Of a DNA stretch of 64,000 bases, positions 18,215-29,200 are shown piece by piece; the first letter of the stretch is position 1; each line of letters starts with the position of its first letter. The stretch is taken from contig CBDAOB010000005.1 in assembly GCA_965197905.1 (NCBI GenBank), forward strand, positions 2,336,001 through 2,400,000, read 5' to 3'. Source of the DNA: Candidatus Latescibacterota bacterium. Lineage in GTDB: Bacteria > Latescibacterota > UBA2968 > UBA8231. The notes beneath the pieces were generated by a model that did no database searches, was not told the DNA's origin, and was given only the letters and a program-made list of their open reading frames with translations. Made by a program: the position numbers and the translations under genes.

Positions 18215-19099
18215 ATGGTACCCCTGATCAGCAGCATCTGCCAAGGAGCTCTGGGGGTCTGCCAGCTGCCGAGGTTCTGGTGGAAGACGATCACGCGATC
18301 GATCGGCTCCCTCGACCCTGACTATCCCGACTGCAGCGGCGGCCTCGACACCCGGTGCATGGAGGTTCTGGGGTTGCCCCGAGACGAAACATTGAGCTAC
18401 CTGCGGAAAGAGCTGCCCACCTACCTAGAGTTCGAAGCATGGGTGTCGCAACGAACCGGTGAGACCCTGAACACCGCCGCTATCAACCGCTGGAACGACG
18501 CAGTAAACCATAGAGTGCACACCAAACCGGCAAAGATCGCGGAGACCTACGGAGACATCGGCTGGCCATTGGATCAGCGGCACACCGATGCCGTGCTGCT
18601 GAATTCCCTGCAGGACTGGCAGCTGTTCCACAGGCGTGACCTGATGGCTGGAACCCCGGACCTCCGCGCCCCCGTCATTCCCCTCATAAGCAGCATCGAC
18701 CGCGGTACCCTCGGCATCTGCCAACTGCCGCGTACCTGGCTCAAGATATCGCTGCACAGCAAAGGGCTGTTGCATGCGGATTATCCCGCCTGCGGACCAG
18801 GGCTGGATCAGCGGGTACTGGATCTCTTACATCTCGATCGCTCCGAGGTTGTTTCCACCCTATCAGGAAATCGACCTACCTACTTGGAGTTCGAGGATTG
18901 GGTAGCAGCTCGTGGGTCAATCGATGACGAAGCGGTAGCCGCCTGGAACGTTTTCATTCGCGACCGAGTTCACGCAGATGAAAAGCGATCCGATATCCAT
19001 GCCACCCTGGACCGCAAGGACGACGGCACACTGCAGTCGGCGGTTTTGTTGAATCATCTCGAAGACTGGCACCTGGCGCGGCGATCGCTAACGGCTTGA
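18215..19099 (+). CDS. Tandem-duplicated DUF5069-like protein
   Basis: Two repeats of PLISS...G.LG.CQLPR.W.K...DYP.C..GLD...PTYLEFE.WV...AVLLN.L.DW. Confidence 0.8.
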   Translation: MVPLISSICQGALGVCQLPRFWWKTITRSIGSLDPDYPDCSGGLDTRCMEVLGLPRDETLSYLRKELPTYLEFEAWVSQRTGETLNTAAINRWNDAVNHRVHTKPAKIAETYGDIGWPLDQRHTDAVLLNSLQDWQLFHRRDLMAGTPDLRAPVIPLISSIDRGTLGICQLPRTWLKISLHSKGLLHADYPACGPGLDQRVLDLLHLDRSEVVSTLSGNRPTYLEFEDWVAARGSIDDEAVAAWNVFIRDRVHADEKRSDIHATLDRKDDGTLQSAVLLNHLEDWHLARRSLTA

Positions 19100-21095
19100 C
19101 GAATCGCGATCTCGGCCCAATGAGCGGAATCCCACCCACCCCCGAGTCAGCTTCATCCCGACCCCATCTACTAATTTCCCCTGCCGCCGAAGGTGTCGCT
19201 CTTTCACTGGCCAGCCTGCGGCAGTCGGTGGAATCCAGTAGCGTGCCGCGGGAATTGTGGCGTCAAATTCAGACCGACGCACTGGCGGCGATTGGTGCGG
19301 ATCCGTTGACCGTCTTTACCCCGTTACCAAGCCGCACGCCGGGTGATATCGAGCAGGGAAATGCGGAATACATCATCGTGGATGCCGCAGGGCAGCGGGT
19401 GCTCAAATGCGCCCTCGCCGGCCTGCTCACCGGAGACCGACGGTTTGCCGAAGCTGCTATGGTCCAGATTGCCTGCCTGTTCGACCGCGATGCCTGGCCG
19501 GAGTGGCAGGACCTTTACCACAGGCAAAGTCTGGGGTTGGACGCCGATTTGCGAACCGGTCAGTTGTGCCGGGATCTGGGGATAGCCTACGACTGGCTAC
19601 ACCCGCAGCTGAATGCGGGTGAGCGGCTCCGCATGCTGGAAGGGATCGATCGCTGTAGCATCCAACCGTTCCTGCGATCTATTTCGTGCGATCCTCCCTG
19701 GATGCAGGAATTGAGCAACTGGACGACCTGTATCGTTGGTGGGCTGGGCATCTGCGGCATGGGGTTGAGTTCAGACCATCCTGAATCGGATCGGTTGGTG
19801 GAGCGCGCGGAAACGGTAATGCGCAGCTATCTGCAGCTATACGGAAAGGATGGAGAATTCAATGAGAATCCGGCGTATGCCAACTCGTCGATGGCTCCGA
19901 CGCTGTTCTATTCCGCGTTGCGGTGTCATCGAGGTGACCGGAACTCCACACCCGAGCTCGATATCCTGCACCGCCACTGCTACTGGTGCATCTACGCCAG
20001 CGCCCCTCCGGGCTACGTGGTCGCGTTCGGTGACGGCGGTCCGGACTACCCTGCGCTGACCTCCTTTTTTCCAGCGATCGCAGCCGCCACTGGCGATCCC
20101 ATACTCCAATGGTATTACCTGGGCTACGGATGCCCTGCCCGGTTCCCGGTGTGGGAGCTCGTCTGGTTCGATGCCCGCCTGGAGGCCAAAGCGCCGACCC
20201 CCGACAGCTTACCGTTGGGGCGCGCCTACCGCGACCACTCTGCATTGGTGAGCAGTCGCACCAGCTGGGATCTAGACCGCACCGGCAGCGTGGTTTTCGG
20301 CAAGGGCGGCCACGGAGGTGTCATCCACTCCCATCCTGATGCTGGGCAGGTGGAGATCCACGGTCGCGGCAGGCGGTTGATCGTAGATTTGGGCAAGGTC
20401 CATTATCCTCCTGGAGACGATCGCCGCCCATACTACCACTTCGGCACCGACGGGCACAACGTCGTAACCATCGGCGGGCGCCCCCTCCACTGGGAGAAGC
20501 CCACCGATCGCCGCTCTCGCCTTGTCGCCAGCGAGTTCGACAATACTCGGGGAGGTTGGTGGAGGATCGATTCGACGGAATTACACGACGGCGCGCAACG
20601 GGTGGAGCGTATCGTGGTGCATCTCTTTCCCGGGTTCGTCATCGTCGTCGACCGGGTTGAGCTGGATACCGCGGAAGAGATACGGCTTAGGTGGCACACC
20701 ACAGCCGACCCCGTCATGAGCGCTGACGGTTGTTTCTCGGTTTTTCCTCTACCGACGTAATTCTCAGCTGCAAGGTGACAGCCGAAACGGGGCCGACGCC
20801 GCGGTTCTCGCTAGGTCGGCATGAATACCGCCCGCCGCTGGACCGGGATCGCGTCGGCAACCTGCTTCCCCAGCGGCGAGAACCGTATCTCGATTTTGTG
20901 GTGCGGGAGCAAAAGGTCTGTCTACTCTCCCTGTTTGCCATCGAGCCCGAAGGTGCTGACCCATGCGATTGGTTGGCGATTGCAGATGGTCAGAGATGGC
21001 GGCACGGCAAAGGGGGTGAAGGTACTGAAGTGCGGGTGGGAGCTGGCGAGATATCTGTAGCAGGAGCCTCGGGCTCATGGCAAATATCCATGTGA
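19096..21095 (+). pseudogene. Heparinase II/III-like protein interrupted by a frameshift near 20745 (real or sequencing error)
   Basis: SNWT, DGEFNE.PAY, VAFGDG, HSHPDAG, GHNVVTIG; stop at 20760 but plausible coding continues in the 20730..21095 frame after a T5 run. Confidence 0.75.
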
Positions 21096-21182
21096 CCCAA
21101 CGACAGATGCAGAAGCCTAGCTCTTGTGTTACCTTTCTCTGCGCGCGATCGGCAGATATCGATTTTCGACGGAGACCGAAGA

Positions 21183-21932
21183 GTGACCCTTGATGGCCAA
21201 GTTGCCCTCGTTACCGGTGCAGCGGCGGGTATCGGCCGGGCTGCAGCGGTTGCTTTTGCTCGTGAGGGGGCCAGGGTTGTCGTGGCAGATCTCGACGAGG
21301 AACGTGGGCGCGAGACCGTTTCCATCATCGAGAAACAAGCGGGCGAAGCGTTGTTCGTGAAGGCAGACGTGACTCGTGAAGAAGAGGTGATGGCTATGGT
21401 GGGTAGCGCCGTGGCGCACTTCGGCGGTTTGACCTGCGCCTTCAACAACGCCGGGGTGGCGGGGGCCCGCATGCTGACCCATGAGTTCGACGAGGCTGAG
21501 TGGGAGAGGGTCGTCCAGGTCCATATGAAGGGGGTCTGGCTCTGCATGAAACATGAGATAACCCACATGATGGAGCACGGCGGCGCCATCGTCAACACCT
21601 CATCGTTGGCCGGCCTGGTGGGCTACCCCGGCGCCTGCCCCTACGTGGCCGCCAAGCACGGCATTGTCGGCATGAGCAAGTCAGCGGCCCTGGAGTACGC
21701 CGAGCATGGTCTGCGGGTGAACTGCGTGAACCCGGGCTGGACCCGCACTGAGCTCATCAGCTATCTGATCGCCACGCCAGAGGCGGCGCAACAGATAGGA
21801 GAGCGCCATCCTCTGGGACGACTGGCCGAACCTGCTGAAATTGCCGAGGCCGTTGTCTGGCTGTGTTCGGACAGGGCCTCGTTTGTCACGGGTGTTGCTT
21901 TCCCCGTTGATGGTGGATTTGTCGCGCGTTAG
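21183..21932 (+). CDS. Short-chain dehydrogenase/reductase
   Basis: VTGAAAGIG, FNNAG, YVAAKHG, VNPG; start re-called to GTG 21183. Confidence 0.95.
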   Translation: MTLDGQVALVTGAAAGIGRAAAVAFAREGARVVVADLDEERGRETVSIIEKQAGEALFVKADVTREEEVMAMVGSAVAHFGGLTCAFNNAGVAGARMLTHEFDEAEWERVVQVHMKGVWLCMKHEITHMMEHGGAIVNTSSLAGLVGYPGACPYVAAKHGIVGMSKSAALEYAEHGLRVNCVNPGWTRTELISYLIATPEAAQQIGERHPLGRLAEPAEIAEAVVWLCSDRASFVTGVAFPVDGGFVAR

Positions 21933-21946
21933 CCGGTGAGGAAGAA

Positions 21947-22807
21947 ATGGCAAAACTGAGACTGGCGACCTGCCAGTTCCGGATTGAGAAACGGCCCGCT
22001 CGCAACCTGGTTCAGATCAAACGGCAGATGCGAAACGCCGTGAGGCGGGGCGCACACCTGATTCATTTCTCCGAGGCCTGCTTGACCGGTTACCTGGGCT
22101 CCGAGCTGAAATCGGTCCGTGAAACCGATTGGGATCAAATCCGAGAGCACCTGCAGGAGGTGCGAGAGCTGGCAGCCGACCTGGGGGTTCACGTGGTTTT
22201 AGGCAGCAATCACCGCTTGAGCGGGAATCACAAACCACACAATTCTCTCTACGTAATCGACCACCATGGCCGCATAAGGACCAGGTACGACAAACTCTTC
22301 TGCACCGGATGCGATGACGATGACGGAGACCTGAAACATTACAGCCCCGGCTCCGAGCTCATTACCTTCAAAGTGAAAGAGGTGAAATGCGGCCTGTTGA
22401 TCTGCCACGACTATCGTTATCCCGAGCTTTTCCGGGAGTACAAAAGGCGCGGAGTACAGCTGATGCTGGTGTCCTTCCACAACGCTGGCATGACCGCGAA
22501 ACAGTACCGGCATTATCTCATGTCCGTACCGGTGACGTTGCAAGCCGCGGCGGCCAGCAACTACTATTGGGTGGGCTGCAACAACGGAACTAGGAAATAC
22601 GCCTGGCCCAGCTTCGTCCTCAACCCGGAGGGCTGGATCGTAAACAAAGCCCGGGCGCATCGCGACAGCGTGATCGTCACCAATATCAATACCGATGTTA
22701 AACTTTACGACGCGTCGGCTGCATGGCGAGACCGATGTTTGCGCGGGGTTTTTCATAGTGGCCGCAGCGTCGCGGATAAACGTTCGCGCAACCGCAGCAG
22801 CGTGTAA
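21947..22807 (+). CDS. Carbon-nitrogen hydrolase (nitrilase superfamily)
   Basis: FSEA (E), YDK (K), LICHDYRYPE (C) catalytic triad. Confidence 0.92.
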   Translation: MAKLRLATCQFRIEKRPARNLVQIKRQMRNAVRRGAHLIHFSEACLTGYLGSELKSVRETDWDQIREHLQEVRELAADLGVHVVLGSNHRLSGNHKPHNSLYVIDHHGRIRTRYDKLFCTGCDDDDGDLKHYSPGSELITFKVKEVKCGLLICHDYRYPELFREYKRRGVQLMLVSFHNAGMTAKQYRHYLMSVPVTLQAAAASNYYWVGCNNGTRKYAWPSFVLNPEGWIVNKARAHRDSVIVTNINTDVKLYDASAAWRDRCLRGVFHSGRSVADKRSRNRSSV

Positions 22808-22866
22808 CGCGAACACTGGGTCACCTATTTCTTATACCCTCCCTCTCTCAACCTGGAGAACCTCCT

Positions 22867-23766
22867 ATGGTCGCCAAACTAGCCCGCGGAATCCTTCCCG
22901 CACTCTGTACCCCTTTCGACGACAGCGGCAGGAACCTGGCCCCGGAACGAATTTCGCCTCTGGTTCGGGCGCTGTTGGACAGAGGTGTCAACGGTTTCTT
23001 TGCTTGCGGCGGAACCGGCGAGGGCGGTGCGATGACGGTCGCCGAACGGAAGCAGATGGCCGAGCTGACTTTGAAGGAGGTGGCGGGGTCGGTTCCGGTA
23101 ATCGTTCAGGTCGGGGCCACCGCAACCGACAACGCGGTGGAACTCGCCAAGCATGCCGCCGCTGCCGGCGCGCCCGCTGTCGGTTCCGTGGCGCCGATAG
23201 ATAACCCCAACAATTTAAAGGCTGCCGCCAAGCACTACTCCGCCATAGGCGCAGCGGTGGACATCCCCTTCTACGTCTACTGGCTCGCGAGAGAGGCGCA
23301 GAATGACATCAGCGCCGATGAATTTCTGGAAGCGATGAGGTCGGTGCCCAATTTTTCGGGCATTAAATTCACCGACACCAACCTTTATTTCTTTCAGCGA
23401 TTGATCGATCTGACGAATGGCGAAATCAACGCCATATCAGGTCCTGACGAAATCTGTCTCGCCGCTATGGTGATGGGCAGCGATGCGGCCATCGGTTCTA
23501 CCTACAACGTCATGCCCAAGATATTCGTCAAGATGCGTCAGGCCTTCGAGACCGGCGATATTCGCCAAGCGATGGATCTGCAACTTCACGCCAACAGAGT
23601 GATCACTGTCCTGATTGCGCATGGGGTAATGGCGTCTATCAAGGCTGTGCTGGGGTGGCGCGGAACCCCGGTTGGTCCTCCCAGGGCACCTCACAAGCCT
23701 CTGGATGAACAGGGAGCGGACAGCCTGCGACGGGCCCTTGAAAATCTGGATTTCGAGGTTTCGTGA
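22867..23766 (+). CDS. DHDPS/N-acetylneuraminate lyase family aldolase (NanA-like)
   Basis: PALCTPFD, CGGTGEG, GIKFT Schiff-base Lys, SGPDE, AIGSTYN. Confidence 0.88.
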   Translation: MVAKLARGILPALCTPFDDSGRNLAPERISPLVRALLDRGVNGFFACGGTGEGGAMTVAERKQMAELTLKEVAGSVPVIVQVGATATDNAVELAKHAAAAGAPAVGSVAPIDNPNNLKAAAKHYSAIGAAVDIPFYVYWLAREAQNDISADEFLEAMRSVPNFSGIKFTDTNLYFFQRLIDLTNGEINAISGPDEICLAAMVMGSDAAIGSTYNVMPKIFVKMRQAFETGDIRQAMDLQLHANRVITVLIAHGVMASIKAVLGWRGTPVGPPRAPHKPLDEQGADSLRRALENLDFEVS

Positions 23767-23788
23767 AACGAACGAGAACAGAGCCCGT

Positions 23789-24715
23789 TCAGCTGGATTC
23801 TGTCTGAACCGTTTCCCAACGGTGGTGCTTGTCAGCGGGCGATTCTGCCTCTAGAGCCTCGACCCACATCCGCGACCATTCCTGGTGATCGGACAGCACC
23901 GATGCCGGATTGGACCGGCTGCGCACCACGAAATCCGGATAAATGGTGCGGCCGGTAGATGTGCCCGTTTGCTGGTAGCGCAGATCCATGCTCCAGCGAA
24001 TGCCGTTGGAGTTGTTGGGGGTGGAGCGGTGGGGAATATTCTTGTGAATCAACACCACACCTCCCTTTTCTATCGGCAGGTCTACCGGTTCTGTGTCGGG
24101 CATTTCGTCTTCACGAATCCGTGTGCCGACCCCGGGGACAATCTGATGATTCAGCAGTCTCCCCTCGTGCACGCGCGGGATGATCTGCATACAGCCGTTC
24201 TCGCGGGTCGCTTTGGTTAACGGAATCCAAACAGTGAGGATGAAGTGTGGATCCGCGTCGTCCATGGTTACGCCGGCATCCTGGTGCCAGGCTGCCACGT
24301 GCGACCCACCTCCGGTGGTTCGAAACAGGCGACTGGGCAACTTCGCCCTCAAGTGTTGGATCGGGCTGCAGATGATCTCCGGACCCACCAGCCCCTCCAC
24401 CAGATCCATAAGGTTTTCGTTACGTAGAAAATCGAAGGTGTGCCGGCCCCGGGCGCGGTACAGGTCGAATAGGTCGTTGGACTGGGCGGCAAGGTCCAGA
24501 TTCTCCTCACACATTCGCGCCAAGCGCGTTTCGAAAGGCTCGTCCTCATACAACGAAGGGATCATACCTTGTTCTAACCACGCCTCCGCCAGGACTCCGG
24601 TATACTCCTCGTACTCGTGGATGATCGGATCCAGGTCGGAGTCGTTGAGGGCGTTTTCGACGACCAGGTATCCCTCTTCTTCGAATCGATCAATCTGCGA
24701 AACGGTTAGCTGCAT
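23789..24715 (-). CDS. Phytanoyl-CoA dioxygenase (PhyH) family Fe/2-OG oxygenase
   Basis: FEEEGYLVV, AWHQDA, TVWIPL..AT.ENGCM, PHRS.PN.S...RWS. Confidence 0.93.
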   Translation of the reverse strand: MQLTVSQIDRFEEEGYLVVENALNDSDLDPIIHEYEEYTGVLAEAWLEQGMIPSLYEDEPFETRLARMCEENLDLAAQSNDLFDLYRARGRHTFDFLRNENLMDLVEGLVGPEIICSPIQHLRAKLPSRLFRTTGGGSHVAAWHQDAGVTMDDADPHFILTVWIPLTKATRENGCMQIIPRVHEGRLLNHQIVPGVGTRIREDEMPDTEPVDLPIEKGGVVLIHKNIPHRSTPNNSNGIRWSMDLRYQQTGTSTGRTIYPDFVVRSRSNPASVLSDHQEWSRMWVEALEAESPADKHHRWETVQTESS

Positions 24716-24802
24716 GATGTTATTCGGTGTCTACTTGAAGGAGGCATGTTGAAAGGTAGTGGATCCCCCCTTGGCTGACAATCTGACTCCCGACATAAAC
24801 AT

Positions 24803-26218
24803 ATGACGCCCTACCTGCTCGTAGATTTCGGAACCAGCAGCACTAAGTCCGTCTTGGTGGATCTGGATACAGGTGTTTTCCACCATCTCAGACGTTATGG
24901 TACGCTTCCGAAGGTGAATGGACCGGCGTTTCAACACGAGACGCGATTGATCTCCATACGCGATCGCTTCGAGGAGATCTGCCGGCACTACCGATCCAAG
25001 TTGGAGATTCAAATTGCCGGGATCGCTCTCTGCAGTGAGGTGCATGGATTCGCCCTCACAGACGAAATGGGCGAGCCGGCGACGGAGTACATCGGCTGGT
25101 TGGACGAACGGTCGGCGCACCCTGTAGACGGATCAACACCCTACTCCGATATGAGCCCGAGCATGATGGAGGAGTTCGAGATCACCACCGGCATGCGACC
25201 GCAGCCCGGTTTCGCCATCCTCAATCTGGTTCACTTAGCGCGGAGTCGTCCCTTGCCCAACGGACTTCGAGTTCTCTCTCTGCCTTGCTGGCTTTCTATG
25301 ACCAGCGGCGATTCGCGCCAAAAGGTCCACGCCTCCATGTTGGCGGGCATGGGTTTCTATGACATCCAGAGCAGGTCCGAATCCGCGGTCATGCAATCCA
25401 TGATGCAGGAGCTTGGAGGCGGACAGTTCCGACTCAACGATCTGGGAAACGAGGCCGAGATCTCAGGCTACTGGCACCATCGGGGAGAGAAAATACCGAT
25501 CTACACCGGGGTCGGGGATCACCAGTGTGCACTCCTTGGGGCCGGCAACAGACCGAACGAAAGCATCTCGCTGAACCTGGGAACCGGATCCCAGGTCTCG
25601 GTCGTCGCCTCCCATGCCTGCGACTCCGAGCTCGAAACGCGACCCTTCTTTGGCCCCGATCAGCTGAAGACCATTACCCACATTCCGGGCGGTCGCGCCC
25701 TTGCGGAGTACGTGGGTTTCTTGGAGGAAGTAGCCCTGGCCGGAAAGGGTGCAGCCCAAGCCGATTACTGGGCTTTGCTCGCAGAGATTGACGAGGATCA
25801 GCTAAAGCAGGCTTCCCTGACCTTCGATCTGGCGATCCTAAAAGGCGCACGGGGATTTTCCGGAGGTGGCGCCATCGGGGCCATCGGTGCCGGGGAACTC
25901 ACGCTGGACAATTATCTCCGTTCCCTCCTGAACTCCTTTATCCAACAGTACGTAGAGGTTGTGGAACGGTTCGATTCCGCGAGCAAGATCGGGCGTTGCA
26001 TCCTCAGCGGGGGCGTTGCCCGTAACCTTCCGCACCTGGCCGCCATCGTGAGGAACCGCCTTCGCCGGGAGGTGCTGCAGGCAACTGCCGTTGACGAGTC
26101 TCTGTTGGGACTGCGGAGCATCGCCCTGTTGGCAGATGGCAGGGCAGGTACCTACATGGAAGCAATGGCGACGTTTGGTAGAAACTGCAGCCTGGAAGGG
26201 GAAGATGTGGGACTATGA
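24803..26218 (+). CDS. FGGY-family carbohydrate kinase (sedoheptulokinase-like)
   Basis: VDFGTSSTK, SEVHG, GWLDER, GVGDHQCALLG, LNLGTGSQ, LSGG. Confidence 0.88.
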   Translation: MTPYLLVDFGTSSTKSVLVDLDTGVFHHLRRYGTLPKVNGPAFQHETRLISIRDRFEEICRHYRSKLEIQIAGIALCSEVHGFALTDEMGEPATEYIGWLDERSAHPVDGSTPYSDMSPSMMEEFEITTGMRPQPGFAILNLVHLARSRPLPNGLRVLSLPCWLSMTSGDSRQKVHASMLAGMGFYDIQSRSESAVMQSMMQELGGGQFRLNDLGNEAEISGYWHHRGEKIPIYTGVGDHQCALLGAGNRPNESISLNLGTGSQVSVVASHACDSELETRPFFGPDQLKTITHIPGGRALAEYVGFLEEVALAGKGAAQADYWALLAEIDEDQLKQASLTFDLAILKGARGFSGGGAIGAIGAGELTLDNYLRSLLNSFIQQYVEVVERFDSASKIGRCILSGGVARNLPHLAAIVRNRLRREVLQATAVDESLLGLRSIALLADGRAGTYMEAMATFGRNCSLEGEDVGL

Positions 26219-26242
26219 GACATTGGAACGTCGCGACGGTCT

Positions 26243-29200
26243 TTACGCCGCATTGCTGTCGCGGATACGTTGAGAGAGGATGCGCATCATGTTGAAGGCG
26301 ATGGAGGAATAACGGCGAAGAATACGTTCGAGACTGGACCGCTCCAGAGATAGAAGGTGTACGTCCTCGATGGTGACCACCGAAGCGGACCGAGGCTCGT
26401 CGTCCAAAAGTGCCATCTCGCCAAACACCTCTCGTTCGGCAAACAGCGCGACCCGTTGCGTCTTGTCGGCCTCGTCCTCCGCAGCCTTGCGGACCTCGAG
26501 CTGGCCCCGAACCACGATGTACATCTTGTCTCCCAATGTACCTTCCTGGATCACGGTGGTATCGGCCCGAACCGTCTCCTCCTGCATCGAAGAGGCTATA
26601 TGATACAGCTCCTCGAGCGGCAGCGCAGCGAAGAATTGCGACTGTTTCAGGAAGGTGATCTTGTCCATCGTGGTGAGCGGGAGGTGCTCTTGTGCGGCCA
26701 CCGATACCCCCTGTTCCTGAAGTTCGGAGAGGGCTTCCTGAACCAGCGGGTCGAGCCCAGCCCGGTCCCCAGGGAAGAGAGACTGTTTGTCCAGAACGAA
26801 GATGCTCCAAACCGCAGCCAGCTGAGTCCACGGATCTGGAACGGTCAAAAGATACCTTAGCACGTCGTCTACGTCCACAGATTGCCACCCCGACAGCTCT
26901 TCGGCAACAGCACGCCGTTCCGGATTCTCGTCCTCCAGAAGCGGAATGAGGTACTCCATCAACTCTCGGTCGGCAATGTTCTCCAGCAACTCGATGGAAT
27001 TCTCGCGGGCTTCGGCGTTGTCTTCGCTCAACCGCTCGATCAGGTCGTTCACGACGCCTACATCGCTCATATGTCCCAGCAGGCGGATAACGCCGTCCTG
27101 CACAATCCTGTTTTGACCTTTCAGCTGGTCTACTAGAAGCTCCAGCTCCCCTGAGACATCCAGGTCACGCAGGATCTCTATGGCAACAAGGTACCGGTTT
27201 GCCTGGGTCAGGCGGCCCTTGCAGGCATCGAGTACCTCCGCCATCGTCGAGCGCTCCTCGATCTCCGACAATGCCGCCATCAGCCCGACCCACTCGCTCA
27301 ATGGACGCCTGTCCAACATGGATACCATCTCGACCCTTTGCGCCGGTTCTGCGAAGGTCTTGAGGCCTTCGACAGCCTTTGACACCACGTCTGGATCGGG
27401 ATCGGCGAGCAGCCCGAGCACCTCGTCGAACACCCCTTCATGGGAATAGTCCGTGAAATTGGCCGCCACGGCTTCGCGAACCGCAGGATGCGGATGGCCG
27501 GCTAGTTCCAGCATTCGTCCGTAGTGGGAGCTGTCTCTCATTGAACCAGCCGTCTCGATACCGGCGATGATCGCTTCCGTCTCCTCGCTGCCGAGTAACT
27601 CCCTAAGCTTGCTATCTCGTTGATCCGCTGAGGGATTGTGGTGCAGTCGATCGAGAATATTGAGAAATTCAGCCTGAACGGTCGCGGCGTCATCATCCGC
27701 GGCGATGCGAGGCAAAACCGCGTCAGTAATGCGCTGTTGCACCGCCTCGATCGGCAGCTGTGTCCCATTGCCATTCTGGCCGCTCCCCAGGAGCCGCGAA
27801 AGCGCACGAGCCGAGCTCAGTCTCACCTCCGGATCATCGTCGTCGATGCGAGGGATCACGGTGTCGATCATGCCAGTGTCGCCACCGTGTGGATTTAACG
27901 CTTCGAGGGCGGAAGAGCGGATGCGCGGATTCTCGTGTTCGACCAACGGCAGGCAAACGGCTTCGGCTGCGGGACCGGGATTCTTGCGCAGAATCTCGAT
28001 TCCCATTTGCCGCACACCGTCGTCGGTGTGCACCAAGAGATCCCGCGGAACCTCGGGTGCCCTGGACAGGACCTGCCCAAGTGCTTGCATCGCTTGCTCG
28101 TCGTCGACGTCGATGTCTTGCTCGCGTACCGCGCGCACCAACACGTCAGTGTAGCTGTATTTCAGATACCAACCAGCAACCAGCATCACACCACCGATCA
28201 AGGTGAGAACGAGAAAGAGCTGATCGAGGCTCAGAAACGCTCGCGCATGCAGCAGGGTCACTCCGGCACCTACGAGGCCGCCGAGCAGCATGAACCCGCC
28301 CTCCATGATCATGCGTGTCCCGTCGCTATTGCGGCTCGGGACCAGTTTGATCAGCACCTGGTAGGTGGGCGCGATCACGCTGTCCAACAACAGGTAGTTG
28401 ACCAGGTTGAAGGCGAATATCGCGGCGACTGCCGAGAGGGGAAGAATGCCGGAGAAACCGCTGTAAAGGGCGATGGAGATAACGCCGTATACCACACAGA
28501 CCCACATGTAGACGTTCCCGGTACCCAACCAGCGCAGAACAAGACGCAGCAGAAAGGTGGAGAAAATCAAGGTCGCTACCCCCGTGGTACCGTAGAAGAG
28601 ACCAAAAAACGAGGTGATCTCGGATTCAGAAGAGTAGTGCTGACGAACGACGACGTTGAAGCCGTAATGGATGGCGGTGTAGATCGCGAATATGGCGATC
28701 GAAAGTAGGAACAGCAGCTTCAGATAACCGGAGTGACCGAGATATCGGAGGTTTTCGCCGATCGTCGCGGCGGTCTCCCCCTGATCATCTTGCTGGGAGA
28801 CGAAGTAGCGTCGGACCAGGGGCCGCAGGAGCAGAATGATTAGAAACATGTTGGCTACTGCTAGACCGTACAAAGCGTACGCGTCCAGCCTTGAACCCAA
28901 CAGTCTAACGGCAAAACCGCCGACGATATCGCCGAGAATCGCGCTGGCCGCGAGCAGTGGAAAGAGAACCTTTGCCCTGGAGGTATAACAGATGCCACCG
29001 GCAACGATCCATATGTGAAACCCCACCAAACTGCGCGCCAGCTCCGAGGAAACGAAAAGGAACGGGTAAAAGCCGGTCCCTTGCAGCTCCCATCCTCCCG
29101 CGCTCTGGCGGTGGAGAAAGAGGCTGTTTACCAACAGCAGTACGGTGACAAATCCGAGCAGGCCGAAGAGCAACCGTTGTCGCGCCACCTTTGCGGTCAG

